Below, in pieces: positions 37,601 to 49,935 of a DNA stretch of 64,000 nucleotides; the stretch's first letter is position 1, and each line of letters opens with the position of its first letter. The stretch is from Lophium mytilinum (lineage: Eukaryota): positions 808,726 through 872,725 of the forward strand of contig MU004198.1 in the NCBI GenBank assembly GCA_010093605.1, in the 5' to 3' direction. Position numbers and translations under genes: made by a program. Below the pieces are notes generated by a model that was not told the DNA's origin, did not search any database, and was given only the letters and a program-made list of their open reading frames with translations.

Positions 37601-38309
37601 ATATGACAAGCGACACATTAAGCGACCGGCATTACAGAAAGTGCTTCCAGCAAAAACAGTTATCATCCTCCAGATATAATGAAACGCAGTGGCTCACTTC
37701 TTTTCTTTTGCAGAAGCATTTGAAAGCTCTCTTGTCGAGTCTGCCGGGTGTTTTGTGTTTGGGAAAGTCTCACTACCAGCTAATGTAGGAGACTGAACCG
37801 ATCCATGTTCAGTGTTTGTAGGCGATCGTAATATCTGAGGGAGTGTAGCTTGCGTATGCGTGCGCTTGAGGATGTGCTATTTGAGTGAATGCCATCGGTT
37901 AGCTATAATTCCTCGAAGTAGGATTCCAATGCCAGCGCACTTGTGAGAGTGGGTCGATAGCAGCCTCTGACTGCTGTTTTCCTCCGCTGCCTCCATTCTG
38001 CGCGCCTTGTCCATTTGTTTGCGAAGAGGGGCTTCCTGGAGCTGTTCGCAGCTTCGTTGGGGATGTCTTTCCGCTCGATACTGGGCCTGTTTTCGTCCCG
38101 TCAGCCTTGCCCCAAGTACAATTGTCTTATGCGACCCCAAATCCTAGCCCAGATTATGGATGCGACGTACGTTCACTCTTCGATAACGGCTTGGATAGTC
38201 TTCCAGGGTCCCCCTCGGTGCTCGGCGCCTTTATCGATGCAGGACTTTGCACGGCAGCTTCCCTGCTCTGGGGGTCGGTCACCCGGATCTTGGGGATCGC
38301 TTCCGCCAT
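34697..38309 (-). CDS. WD40-repeat protein, WDR44-like (multi-exon; long introns 36464-36860 and 37441-37697)
   Basis: WATEFSKDGKYLAAGGQD, GHTATILDLSWSK|NNFLLSSSMDKTVRLWH, FHPRDDRFFLAGSLD, LISSNDSRIRLYN. Upstream exons include MAEAIPKIRVTD and IDPLSQ|HILKRT. The 5' exon structure is inferred. Confidence 0.88.
36530..36800 (-). ncRNA. Candidate structured intronic RNA of unknown class
   Basis: Nested complementary segments with G-U pairs only on the minus (pre-mRNA) strand; see findings. Confidence 0.45.
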
Positions 38310-39207
38310 AACCTTCAAAGCTTCATGGATATCGTGCGATGGTTGTGGACATGCCTAGAAATGGGCAGATAGTGGAGAGAACGGCGTGGGGTAGGCGGAT
38401 CGCGGCGGAAGAGGCTTGCGGTGACGGGTAGCAATACGGCTAGGTGAGAAGCGACCGAGGGAGAGAGAGAAGCGATTGAGAATCAGAGCATAAGTGATGG
38501 CGTGGATTGAAATGAATCGGGATACGACTTGTTTGGGAAAGCTCTTGGCGTGTTTTCGCTGCTGACGGCCGTCGCGAGGGTCCATGTCCGCAGACGTCAT
38601 GCCATCTCCTCGCTTCCATGACCCAGTAAATCCTTTCTGGCACCACCACCACCATCATGTTTCCAGCCAGTGCGTGAGTCCGGACACACAAGAGCTGGAT
38701 TGGTCATTCATAAGGCGGTGTTTTTGTCCCAGGAGAGGGCGGTCAACAACTGCGGCATCACGCGCGAAAGCATGCCGCCAACCAGCAGTGACACAGGAAC
38801 TGGGAACTGAGGCCTCGGTAAACTCAGAGCGCGTCAAACATTCAAGACTAATGGTAATATGGAGGTATAGTATATATTCCGTCACCCTATGGAGCGACCC
38901 AGTCCGCATCACCGTCATATACAAAAGTTCAATAATGAGATTATCAATCCAATTGAGCTGAGCATCATGATCCCCAATACCCGTAAGCCGTGCCCAGTCA
39001 ATCCGCCCATCCAAGGTGATCATCCCGTAAACGCCAAAATAACAAGAGTAAGTGAAAGATTAACACTTTCCCAATAATGCAGCCTCCAGTATTCCTACAG
39101 TACATGCTGTAGCATACTCCAGTAATGCAGAGAAGACACGAGAAGGTAAAAAGCCAGACCAGTAGCCATGCAGATAGAACAATAAGGAAGGGATATCATC
39201 GACACAT

Positions 39208-40662
39208 CTAAAAGTCCTCATCGAACGCGAAGTCACCGGTCATTACCGGCGCGTCTTCTTTGCTTTCGCCTTCTTTGTCGTGCTTCTTGGTGCTGGCCAT
39301 GACGCCGGCCTTTTGGTAGTCACCAACACGCTTCTCGAAGAAGTTTGTCTTGCCTGCCAAGGAGATGTTCTCCATGAAGTCGAAAGGATTCGTCGCGTTG
39401 TAGGTCTTCTGGTTGCCGAGAGACAACAGCAGACGATCGGCGACGAACTCAATGTACTGGCACATGAGCTTAGAGTTCATGCCCAAAAGCGCGCATGGGA
39501 GCGCGTCCGTGAGGAACTCCTGCTCGATTGTGACCGCCTCTGTTATAATGGCTTCCACTTCCTTAGGGCTTGGTCGCGTGTTGAGATGGGAGAAGAGGAG
39601 GCAGGCAAAGTCGGTGTGCATACCCTCATCACGAGAGATGAGTTCGTTGGAGAACGTTAGGCCGGGCATCAGACCGCGTTTCTTGAGCCAGAATATCGAC
39701 GCGAAAGAGCCGCTGAAGAAGATACCCTCGACGGCGGCGAACGCGACCAGTCGGGAGGCGAAGGTAGAGTTCTTGTCCGAGATCCACTTCAGAGCCCAGT
39801 CGGCCTTCTTGCGGACGCAAGGAACTACGCGACGCGTTAGATTGGTTGTGTATAAAGTACTTGGACGCGTTGCTTACTGTTGTCAATGGCGTTTAAGAGG
39901 TATGTGCGTTGCTTAGGTTCGCTGATATAGGTATCAATCAACAAAGAGTATGTCTCCGAGTGGATGTTCTCCATCATGATTTGAAAACCGTAGAAGCAAC
40001 GCGCCTCAGGCACCTGGACTTCGCCGCTGAATCGCTCGACAAGGTTCTCATTCACAATACCATCGGAGGCGGCGAAGAAGGCGAGGACGTGGGAGATGAA
40101 GAAGCGCTCGTCATTGTTCAGACGCTTGTTCCAGTCGTGAAGGTCTTTGGACAGATCAATTTCCTCGGCCGTCCAGAAGGAGGCTTCAGCTTTCTTGTAC
40201 ATCTGCCAAATCTATAGTTCGGCCATTGGTCAGCTTAAGTGCTTGCATGGTATTGGTATTGGATGGTAGTGGAACCACTTTACGCGTGCCAATCGACGCG
40301 TCAAGGTAAACTCACCTCATGGTACTTGATGGGGAATAACACAAAGCGCTGGGGGTTCTCTTGTAGTAGCGGCTCGTGTGCTTCCTCTTGCTTGATGGTA
40401 GGGGCCACAGCGAGTTTGTCGGACGCGACTTCTGGTTCGTCTAGGACGGGAATGCCGACGATGGGCGCGAAGACGTTTTCTTTGTCATCCGAGGAGAAGT
40501 CGAGCTTCTTCGCAGGCGAGTCTGACATCTTGAGGGACTGGATTGCCGAAGCAGCCTGTTATCGCGTTAATATAGGCGCGTTTTGAATTATAGTGGGTGG
40601 ATGGGAGAGCGTGGCGACGGTACCTTCTTTGATGGAGTAATCTGGGTGGCAAGGGTAGACAT
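39208..40662 (-). CDS. RNR2: Ribonucleotide reductase small subunit (introns ~40556-40623, ~40212-40315, 39825-39877)
   Basis: [68 protein letters not shown] and C-terminal FDEDF. Confidence 0.97.
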
Positions 40663-41101
40663 GTTTGAGTAACAGTTCGAGCTGTCAACAAGGTGCAATT
40701 AATAACAGAGGAACTGTCCAAGATGTCAAGAATAGGTGGTAGATAGAGAAGTCGTGTTGTGGTGGTGGAGTAGAAGACGCAGGCGGAGAGGTCTGAATTT
40801 ATGGCTGAAGAACGCGTCTCGTTATCACGTGCCGGTCCAAGCGCTCACAACAAAACCGTCCCCACTCTCCCAGCCACTCGTGCGACTTACGCGGAATCCG
40901 TCCGTGTCGATATCGGCGCCTTTACGAAGCTTTTGTCATGGAATTGTCATGCGATTTCGGAGTCAGAGCAGAAGGCAGAGGCACTACCAGCATGGCTTCT
41001 CAGGGAGATACAATATGGTTATGTCATCGATATGGAGATGTCGTTCCTTTGTTCACACGATTCAGGTCACAACGCGCACGTCAAAGCTCTTGAAGACGCG
41101 T
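39832..41101. promoter_or_regulatory. Cluster of MCB (ACGCGT) elements in the RNR2 promoter and introns
   Basis: ACGCGT at 39832, 39865, 40282, 40296, 40812 and 41096; one-off variants at 40562 and 40576. Confidence 0.65.
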
Positions 41102-41473
41102 TTCGGCTCAGGTAATGCCAAGGCACTTTATGGCCTCTCTCTGAATCATCCGCTTGCCTAAAGCGCGTCAGGCTGCTCAATTGAGTGTTTCCCTTGCATC
41201 CTAAAAACTGAATCACTTCACTGTGTAAAACCATACTCTCTCATCTCTTCATGGTTAGTATGGAATCTCCTATACTTTTCAACTGACTATCTATCGCCGA
41301 ATCAAGATTCATTCAAACCATATAGAGTAGTACTTCTGCACTATAGTACAAGATCCTAAGTGATTCCACGCCTAGCCGTTGCATCAATTCCATTTCCCGT
41401 CTCACCTCATCTCAGCCCCCTCAATTTTGAAAAATCAATGAAGCATTCGAAAAGTCACTCTCACGGGGAAGTA

Positions 41474-43350
41474 TCAAAAAAACTCAAATCCGGGACCCAA
41501 ATCTGGGATCCACTCTTCGAACAGCAATCCTACATCCTCCGGGGTGGGTGTTGACGTTGGAAAGGGCATCGATTCGTCGGAGCGAGGGTCACCCAGACCC
41601 AATTGGCCTCCATCTACCGTCGACGGCTGCCCAAGCCCATCCTCTTTTGAGCCTGCACCCGATGGCGAACACTTAGCCGGACTTCTCAGAATGAGTGAGC
41701 AAGCGGCTGATTTACCGACAAGGCGACATCTGGCACATTGCGCATTTCCTTTTGCCAGATTGTTCTTGTTTTGTTTGCCATAGGAGGTTTCCGGAGCTGG
41801 AGCGCGACACCTAACCCCCGCCTTCACACATTCACCACATGGTGGCGACGCATCCACACCCCCAGCGCCTTCTATCTCTAGGCATTTGAGGTACTTTCTC
41901 TTCTGATTTTCTTGTATTCCGTCCCATTCTGCGTCTGTCTTCTGATACCGTCTGCCGCCAATCACGACAGGCTCGCGAAAGGGGTTTGATGTGATGGCGA
42001 GTAGCTGAGCCTCCGACATTTTCCACTTAGGTTTTCGGTGGGCAGGCTCGTATATACAATAGGAGTTGGGGTGGTCGGTTAAGCAAGCGCTGCATACAAT
42101 GCCAGGGTTTCCGTCACAAGCAAGATTTACAAGAGCGCAGTTCGAACATGGAGAATACATATAATGAGGGTCATCGTAGCGAGACCGTTTGGCAGAAGGA
42201 GCCGTTCCACCTTGATTGTATTCCGCAATTTGGGAGAGGTCGATTTCTTTGTTCTGTGTTGTTTGAGCAACTGGTGCCTCTTCGATGTGCTCCAGATGAT
42301 CGCCCGTTGTTGCAGTGACGCCGCTGGCGTATCCATCAGAGCCGTCATAAGTAGGACTGGACCCCAATGCTGACTGCTCTGATACCACAGAACTCCGAAC
42401 TCGAGGCGAACGTGGGTATTCCCTATCTGAGTGCGAATCACGAGAAGATAGTGGTGTAGGGGGGGTAAATCGTCGCTTCGATGGGTTCTCTGGCGTTTGT
42501 GCGCGATCAGCATCCTCTCCCCTCCCAGCTTCTTGACGGAAATCCAGGAGGATTCGTATCTCTTGAGCGTTGACCTGCGAGGGAAACGAGTCGGAAGACA
42601 TGAGAGCTTCACAAACATCCGAAGCCTCAGTTGACAGGCTTCTCGCCTCTTCGACCATCTTCTGGAGCTTGCGCTCAAAGCTGGAGGTCTTCTTGATGAT
42701 TTTCACCATGCTGGAGAACATCTGGCCAATGACCGCAGCATCTGGCGTTTTTTCATCTTGCATGGCTTCATATTGACTTCGTTGACGCTTCCGGGATCTG
42801 GATTTGGCACTCGAATCGAGCGCGCGCTGGTGGGTTTGTTCCGTGTATCGGTGCTCAGGGTCGCTAGAATGATCGGATTGTGCTACCGGGCTACGATGAT
42901 GTCAGTTGTGGTCACTTGTCTCAAGAAAGTATCGACTCACTCTTCGGCGCTTGTGCTTATCTGCTCTGGACTGTCGTAGGTGGGAGAGCTTGCGGTTGAG
43001 GACTCATCCGATCCATCTCCCTCGTATCCATCTCCATACTGTTCTCTATACTCTTCTCCATACTGCTCATACATCCTCTGCTCACAGAAATCATCTCCAT
43101 GTCTGTCGTCTCCTCCATAGTCATTGTCATCATGAACTTCTTCCTGAATCATGACGGGTTCAGAACCCGCATCCTCGGCCACAACAGCCCACTGTCCATC
43201 GACAGCATCATTAGGTGGATAGGCAGGACCGCGTCCGCGCCTATTGACATTTCCAGACCTAGTAGATACCCCTCCACCCGTCCGCGCACGCGCTGCCATC
43301 CATCGCTGCCGCACACTAGCCCTGCCCCGTCCACGATTCCCTTGCTCCAT
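41474..43350 (-). CDS. Hypothetical protein with two Zn(II)2Cys6-like Cys clusters near the C-terminus (intron 42891-42940)
   Basis: CSNCALVNLACDGNPGIVCSACLTDHPNSYC and CGECVKAGVRC...CARCRLVGKSAAC. The Arg/Gly-rich then acidic N-terminal exon is joined through a GTGAGT..CTGAC..TAG intron. Confidence 0.7.
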
Positions 43351-43804
43351 GTTCAGGTGTGATTCGAATGTTTGATCGAATATGCCAGATGGATCGTTGC
43401 TGTCGTACCAGTGTAGTTGGGTGGAGGTTCTATATAGGTGGAATCAAAGCCGCGGGACCGGGCCGAGAGAGCTGTCAGCCCAATGTGGTGAATTGAAATC
43501 ACGTCAGTTCCCCCGCTCTTACGCGGAACATCTTCGCACCGTGTGATCGATATCAAGCTGAAGGCTCACCGACTCGCTTCCGCGTGCCATTCTCCGTTAC
43601 ACCAGCAGCGAGGCTCACGGCGCAACGACCTCACGGTATCGCTGAGCTCAATCGATGGGGACGCAGCCCGGGGCTTGCCAAAGTGGAGTGTTGTGTCGTA
43701 GTGATTATGTCCTTCAAAACGGGGCTGAAGCAAGGCCTCGCAAAGGGGAGTATCGGAAAGAGACGGGACATGTTCTACATCGCAAGTCTCTCATGAAAGA
43801 GGTA

Positions 43805-44300
43805 TCAAAGTTCCCGTAATTGCAGGCAAACTGCAGTGAGCCCAGCAGTCAGAAGACTCAGCACGCCGACTATCCACTGTCCAATCCCAAACCCGCTTTC
43901 TTGCGATCTTGCAGCCAACGCATAGATAACCGACACGAGGAAGCTCACGAGCAAGAGGCCGAACATCGTCCAAGAGATAACGGGCCAGTTCGGGCCGTCG
44001 ACGATATGCACACCCCAACCAAGCTGTAACACGTTTGAATCATGCTGCACTTCATGCTGTTGCCCACCTTTTTCGGGAGCCGGTTGAGCCATAGGTTGCA
44101 TTGCGAGTGGGCATGCTTTCCTTGTGATCGGAAGAAGTGGAGGAATGAGCGGTAGTCCATTGGTGGGAGGGGGTAAAGAGGGCATTCGTAGTAATGGTAT
44201 CGCTGGGCCATGACTTCGCACTCGGGTGGGATTACGTTAGGCGACTTGTCGAATATGCCTACACGATGGCCTTCGTGGAATCGAAAACAGAGGAGAAGTC
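43805..44300 (-). pseudogene. Fragment of a conserved-looking fungal membrane protein gene (C-terminal GWG.H..(D/E)GP + TM hairpin), frameshifted and 5'-truncated
   Basis: YHYYECPLYPLPPM...LNRLPKK in one frame continues as GWGVHIVDGPNW + hydrophobic helices in another. Upstream sequence turns into an AT-rich RIP-like patch (44340-44465). Confidence 0.5.
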
Positions 44301-44682
44301 GAGGTCTCTCAATCCCCCTGTTTAGCAATTAGGACCGGTTACATAGTTCTAAGATAACCTTACGTTTATATTATATCTTAATAACATTATACCTTTATAC
44401 TCCTAAGAGTTTGTAACTATATAACCTTAATGGTTAGTAACGTTGCCCTAAACTAGTAAATAGGGGCATGAAAGTAGCGATTGGGGGCCCTGGGGGCTTA
44501 CAATCAGCAATTACCAGGCCTTGTGGTACCCCCGGTTTAGCGATTCCAATCAGCGAGAATCGGAGAATATCAGTGAGATCCGGAAATCGCTGTTTGGGTG
44601 CACGTGGGAGGGTCACAGCTACTTTTATTATGTATCGGAGAATCTTCCCACAACATCACAGCATCATTCACCAGCGATAGTA

Positions 44683-45588
44683 ATGGAGAAAGACCAGACC
44701 CCTAGCGAGAAGCCAGGCCATCCGCCCGTTCAAGCGATCCTCCACGAGGTGCGGACTGCCGAGAACAGCGCTGCCTATTTGCTGCCTAAGTTGCAGTCTA
44801 TGAAAGAATTCACCTCCCATTTGAAGCTCTTAGACGTCGGTGCTGGCTCAGGCACCATCTCTGTGAGTTTCGCGAAGCTCATCCCCGACGGCCATGTCAC
44901 CGGCATCGACCTCAACCCCAACATCTTGCCACGGGCACGAGCTGTCGCTGAAAAGGCCGGCGTCAAAAACATCGAATTTCAGCAGGGCAGTGTCTACAAG
45001 CTCCCCTTTGCCGACGAGACATTCGATGTCACGTGTTGTCATCAGGTGCTGATCCACATTGGCACCCCATGGGATGCGCTGCATGAGATGCTCCGAGTAA
45101 CAAAGCGAGGCGGCATTGTCGCAGCCCGCGAGGGCGACTATGAGACGGAGGGCATCTGGCCCGAACTTCCCGAGCTGGGCAAATTCCACAAGCTCATGGC
45201 AGGCCTCATGAGTGCCGGTGGTGGCACTCCAACTGCAGGCAGACAATTGCTTTCTTGGGCACTCAAGGTTGGTGTTGAGCAGAGCCAGATCACGCTCAGC
45301 TATAGTACATCCTCATACCATACACCGAGCGAGAGGAAGCTCTGCTGTAAGTTTCATCATTCTAATATGCTTCTTGTGGGTACAAAAATGGCTCTAATAG
45401 CTGTGTTTTCTCTAGCCCAGGGGTTGTGCGATCAGCTTAGAGGGGGTTCTCTGCGCGAGAAAGCCCTAAAGTTCGGCCTAGGTACTGAGAATGATTTTGA
45501 GGAAATGGCCAAGGCCTGGGAAGAGTGGGCGAAGAGAGACGATGCAAGCTTGGCCATGCTGCATGGAGAAATTCTCGTCCAAAAGTAA
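44683..45588 (+). CDS. Class I SAM-dependent methyltransferase (UbiE/COQ5-like; intron 45347-45416)
   Basis: RTAENSAAYLLP, LLDVGAGSGTIS, LPFADETFDV, EMLRVTKRGG, HGEILV motifs. Confidence 0.9.
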   Translation: MEKDQTPSEKPGHPPVQAILHEVRTAENSAAYLLPKLQSMKEFTSHLKLLDVGAGSGTISVSFAKLIPDGHVTGIDLNPNILPRARAVAEKAGVKNIEFQQGSVYKLPFADETFDVTCCHQVLIHIGTPWDALHEMLRVTKRGGIVAAREGDYETEGIWPELPELGKFHKLMAGLMSAGGGTPTAGRQLLSWALKVGVEQSQITLSYSTSSYHTPSERKLCCKFHHSNMLLVGTKMALIAVFSLAQGLCDQLRGGSLREKALKFGLGTENDFEEMAKAWEEWAKRDDASLAMLHGEILVQK

Positions 45589-46286
45589 TTTCAATAGATA
45601 TTCTAGAATTGGAGATCCAGGTATTTGAAGTTCGGACAATGGGTGGACAGGAGGCATGAAGTTATTTTGCACAACATCTCAATTGCGGAGAGCGTTTTCC
45701 CCGGAACTGGCATACGCCCCTGCCCTACGTAGGCTACATTTAGACAATTCTATTGACGACGAGAGTGATCGTGAACACTGTAAAGAAAACATACACGAAT
45801 TCCTTCCTTGTCGAACGGTTTCCGGCTGAAATGGGAGCGAAATTGTCCAAACAGCTAGTGATGAGCCATGATTTCCAATTTTTCAGATATTTGAGGACCT
45901 TTGAACCAGTGCTCTAGTAGTTACCTTTCTGTAAGCGCTTGATTCTTAGATGAAAGGATTCGTCTTCGCATTAGCGGCCTCAAAAGTCGCCGCACCGTAT
46001 AGCTGCATCGAGCTTGATTTTCAAGTAGACGGGATTGCTTTTCGATTAGTATATATGTTCTGACGCCCCTGAGCCCAGATTGATAATCTAGAGGCTGAGC
46101 CACAAGAAAGGTGAAACTTCGTAGGCGCCGGGGAAGCTGCAACGTTTCCACTTTGGGGCTGAATAATCGAGCCACTTCAAAGCGGCGAACGAGGCTCAAA
46201 CCTAGAACAACCCCCACACTCATATAAAGCTCTCCCAATACACCACCAACCCCCAATCTATACGAGAACAACGAGTACCACCCACC

Positions 46287-47435
46287 ATGCGTCTCAATCT
46301 ACTCCTCCCGGCGGTTGCGCTCCTTACATCCTCCACCGTCGCCGCATCCTCCTCCGTCATCGACCTCATCCCCAGCAACTTTGACAGCGTGGTCTTAAAG
46401 TCAGGCAAGCCCGCATTGGTCGAGTTTTTTGCTCCCTGGTGCGGCCACTGCAAGAACCTTGCCCCAGTGTATGAAGAGCTGGCCTCGGTTTTTTCATACG
46501 CATCGGATAAGGTCGTCATTGGCAAGGTTGATGCGGACGAGCACAAGTCGCTTGGAAAGCAATTTAAAGTCCAGGGCTTCCCAACCCTCAAATGGTTCGA
46601 TGGCAAGAGTGATACACCTTCGGAATACAGTGGTGGCCGAGACTTGGAGAGCTTGAGCAAATGGATCACAGACAAGACCGGCCTGAAGCCTAAGGTCAAG
46701 GGCAAGGTCGCCAGCTCCGTGGTTATGCTGGATGATAAGAGCTTCGAGGAGAAGATTGGCAAGGACCAAGATGTTCTCGTAGCATTCACGGCACCATGGT
46801 GTGGTCGTAAGTTCTTGCTCTTGGATCTCATTGTCTTGATATCAGTCAAATTCTAATAAAGCTCAGACTGCAAAACTCTTGCTCCAACCTGGGAAAGCCT
46901 CGCCACCGACTTCGCTACCGAGCCTACCGTTCTGATTGCAAAAGTTGACGCTGAAGCACCTAACGCTAAGAAGACTGCTGGAGAGCAGGGCGTCTCATCC
47001 TACCCCACAATCAAGTTCTTCCCCAAGGGCTCCACCGAGGCCGTTGCATACGAGGGAGGCCGCAACGAGAAGGACTTCGTTGCTTACATCAACGAGAAGG
47101 CTGGGACACACCGTGCCATTGGCGGTAAACTGGATGCTACTGGTGGCACCATTGAGGCTCTCGACACCATTGCCCAGCAGTTCTATGGTGCCTATGGCGA
47201 TGGTCTCGAGGAAATTAAAAAGGCGGCACAAGGACTACAAGACAAGTATGCCGAATACTACGTCAAGGTGTTCCAGAAGGTGGATGCCAACAAGGGATAC
47301 GTCGAGAAGGAGCTCAAGCGCCTAGAAGGTCTACTCAAGAAGGGCAGCCTTGCTCCGGAGAAGGTTGACGACTTGACCAGCCGCAGCAACATTCTCAGGC
47401 GGTTCTTGAATCAGCCGGAGAAGAGCGAACTGTAA
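46287..47435 (+). CDS. tigA: Protein disulfide isomerase TigA/ERp38 type (intron 46807-46867)
   Basis: Signal peptide, two APWCGHCK thioredoxin domains (the second split by the intron), ERp29-like helical C-terminus, ER-retention-like KSEL*. Confidence 0.92.
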
Positions 47436-47853
47436 AAGATTGCGAATGGGATATTACGATGGGATATCATTACATGGAGACAACGGACTGCTGCATGACG
47501 GGATGACTGCTTAGATTGCTGTACCGGAGGCCTTTGTAATTCTACAAAAGATATCTCGGCGTTTTGGAGAGATTGTCTAATGTCTGGGTTGATACAGTAT
47601 TGCCTCCAGGGCTGTGTGTTTTGCATAGACTATGTACTACAGTGGCATGTGATGTGACTTCATAACCAGCGCTCTGCCAACCTAATAGTACCCAAATGAC
47701 TCGCTCCAGGATACTCCAAGAACTTAACGCCAGCCGTTGAAAGCTTCATAACATTCCCGTGCTGAGGCGACATCGCTACAGCTGAAAGTGCAGAGAGCCT
47801 GAAGAATTCCTCTCCTCGGATCCTGACATACTCGTCAAGCGATGGAAGAAACG

Positions 47854-48256
47854 CTATTTGCTGGATCCGTCTCCCTTTGGCGTTTCTCCAGCTTGGATTG
47901 TGGCTTCGAGGTTGTCAAGCCTTCGAGACATATCGTCCACTGGAGGTAATTAGTTCTCCGAACGCATGAATTAAAGGACCGGAGGGTGGACGCTTTTAGA
48001 TGGAAGCAAAAGGTGCTCTTACTCTTAGAAAGCAGTTCGCTTGAGATGGTAGAAAACTTGCTTGATAGCTGTCCGAGTAACTCGTCCACAACGGCAGTGA
48101 GCTCCCCCGAAGGCGTCTCGCTAGCGGGCTAGTTTCTGTTAGTAAACAAGTCTTATGAAGACCGAAGAGAATAGAAGTATAGATAGCTCAAAGACATAAG
48201 AGTGAATGAAAACCTACCATGCTGTCCGAAGTTACGAGCTCCGGGCGTTTTGACAT
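47854..48256 (-). CDS. Heat shock factor binding protein 1-like small coiled-coil protein (3 exons)
   Basis: Spliced product ...ELTAVVDELLGQLSSKFSTISSELLSKMDDMSRRLDNLEATI..., matching the HSBP1 pattern. Confidence 0.85.
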
Positions 48257-48526
48257 CCTCAAGGTAGTGTGTTGGACCTTTTCTACCACGCACAAAGAAC
48301 AACGTCAACCAGCCTGCAGAGTGTTTATATTACCTAACGTTGTTGTTCACAGCAGTGACATGCACGTGGCTGGGAAGGTCCACATAAATTACGCGCTAAG
48401 AGTGGTCTTGGCAGGCGGTGAGCTTAGCGTCGACAAAAAATCTCGAGCTTTGCGCAAACTACTCCACCAACATCGAAAATACTCGAATTCGACTTTCGCC
48501 CACTAAAACACGGAATTATCGGCAAC

Positions 48527-49935
48527 ATGGCCAAGAGCAAGCTTCTCGGTGCATTGGACCGCTATAAGGGTCGCGATCTGAAGCTTGAGAAGCAAAGGAA
48601 GCAAGAGAAGGAGGCTCGGAAACGAAAGCTCGCGCGGGAGGAACCGAAAGACGATGGTGAAGACGAGGATAATGGTGGGGTATTGCTGGGCGCACACGGA
48701 GAGGAGAACATTCAATCGGAGCTAAATGGAAAAGCTGCGAAGAAGAGTAGCTCGAAAAAGAGCAGCTTGAAGAAGAGCAAGACGAATAGCGCCGCAAAGC
48801 CTGCAGACGATGAAGAGCACTGGGAGACTGAGGAGGACGAGGAAGGAGGGAGCGATGACGAGGATGATATGCCAGTGCGGGGAGTGGTACGAGCCCAACA
48901 TGTGCTTGCTGAGAATAATGGATACTGATTATACAATGTGTAGTTCGACACTTCACGTCTGGATGACATCGACGATACCTCCGAAAGCGAGTCAGAACAG
49001 GACGAGGAGGACCCCGAAGAGCAAGATGAGGATGAAGAGGACGAAGAAGACGACATAGCCCTTTCCGATATCGAGTCCCTAGCTTCTGAAGATAGAGGCG
49101 ACATCATACCCCATCAACGTCTCACGATAAACAACACGACTGCCCTTACCGCCGCCCTCCACCGCATACAACTTCCTCTGTCAAAGATGGACTTCTCCGA
49201 ACATCAATCGGTAACGACATCTGAACCTGTAGAAATCACCGACGTCGAAGACGACCTCAATCGAGAGTTAGCATTCTACAAGCAGTCCCTATCTGCGGTC
49301 ACAGAAGCTCGAAAGCTTCTCAAGAAAGAAGGCGCAGCGTTCTCTCGACCTGTGGACTATTTTGCGGAGATGGTGAAGAGTGACGAGCATATGGGCAAGA
49401 TCAAGCAGAAGCTGATAGACTCCGCTGCAAGCAAGAAGGCTTCCGCGGACGCGAGGAGACAGCGCGACCTCAAGAAGTTTGGCAAGCAAGTGCAGATTGC
49501 GAAACTACAGGAGAGAGACAAAGCAAAGAGGGAGACCTTGGATAAGATCAGCTTGCTGAAGCGAAGTACGTGTTTTTGGATTCTCAGTTCGTCTACATGA
49601 CGCTATATACTAACTTGTGCACAGAGCGTCAAGGTCAAGATCTTACTAAGACGAACGAAGAAGATCTGTTCGATGTTACTCTCGACGAGACTGCCAAGCC
49701 GTCAAGGTCGGAACGCAAAGATGCGAAAGACGGCAGGCCGAACCCCAAACGCCAAAAGAAGGACGAGAAACATGGTTTCGGCGGCAAAAAACGATTCGCA
49801 AAGAGCAACGACGCGAAATCGAGCGCTGACATGAGTGGATTTTCCAACAAGCGCATGCGTGAAGACAAAGACAAAATCAGCAAGACCGGCGCAAGTAAGA
49901 GATTAGGCAAGAATAGGAGAGCCAAGCGCAACTGA
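48527..49935 (+). CDS. EBP2: rRNA-processing protein EBP2 (3 exons)
   Basis: DVEDDLNRELAFYKQ, FSRPVDYFAEMVKSDEHM, RDLKKFGKQVQ, KRQKKDEKHGFGGKKR, KRLGKNRR. Confidence 0.95.
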
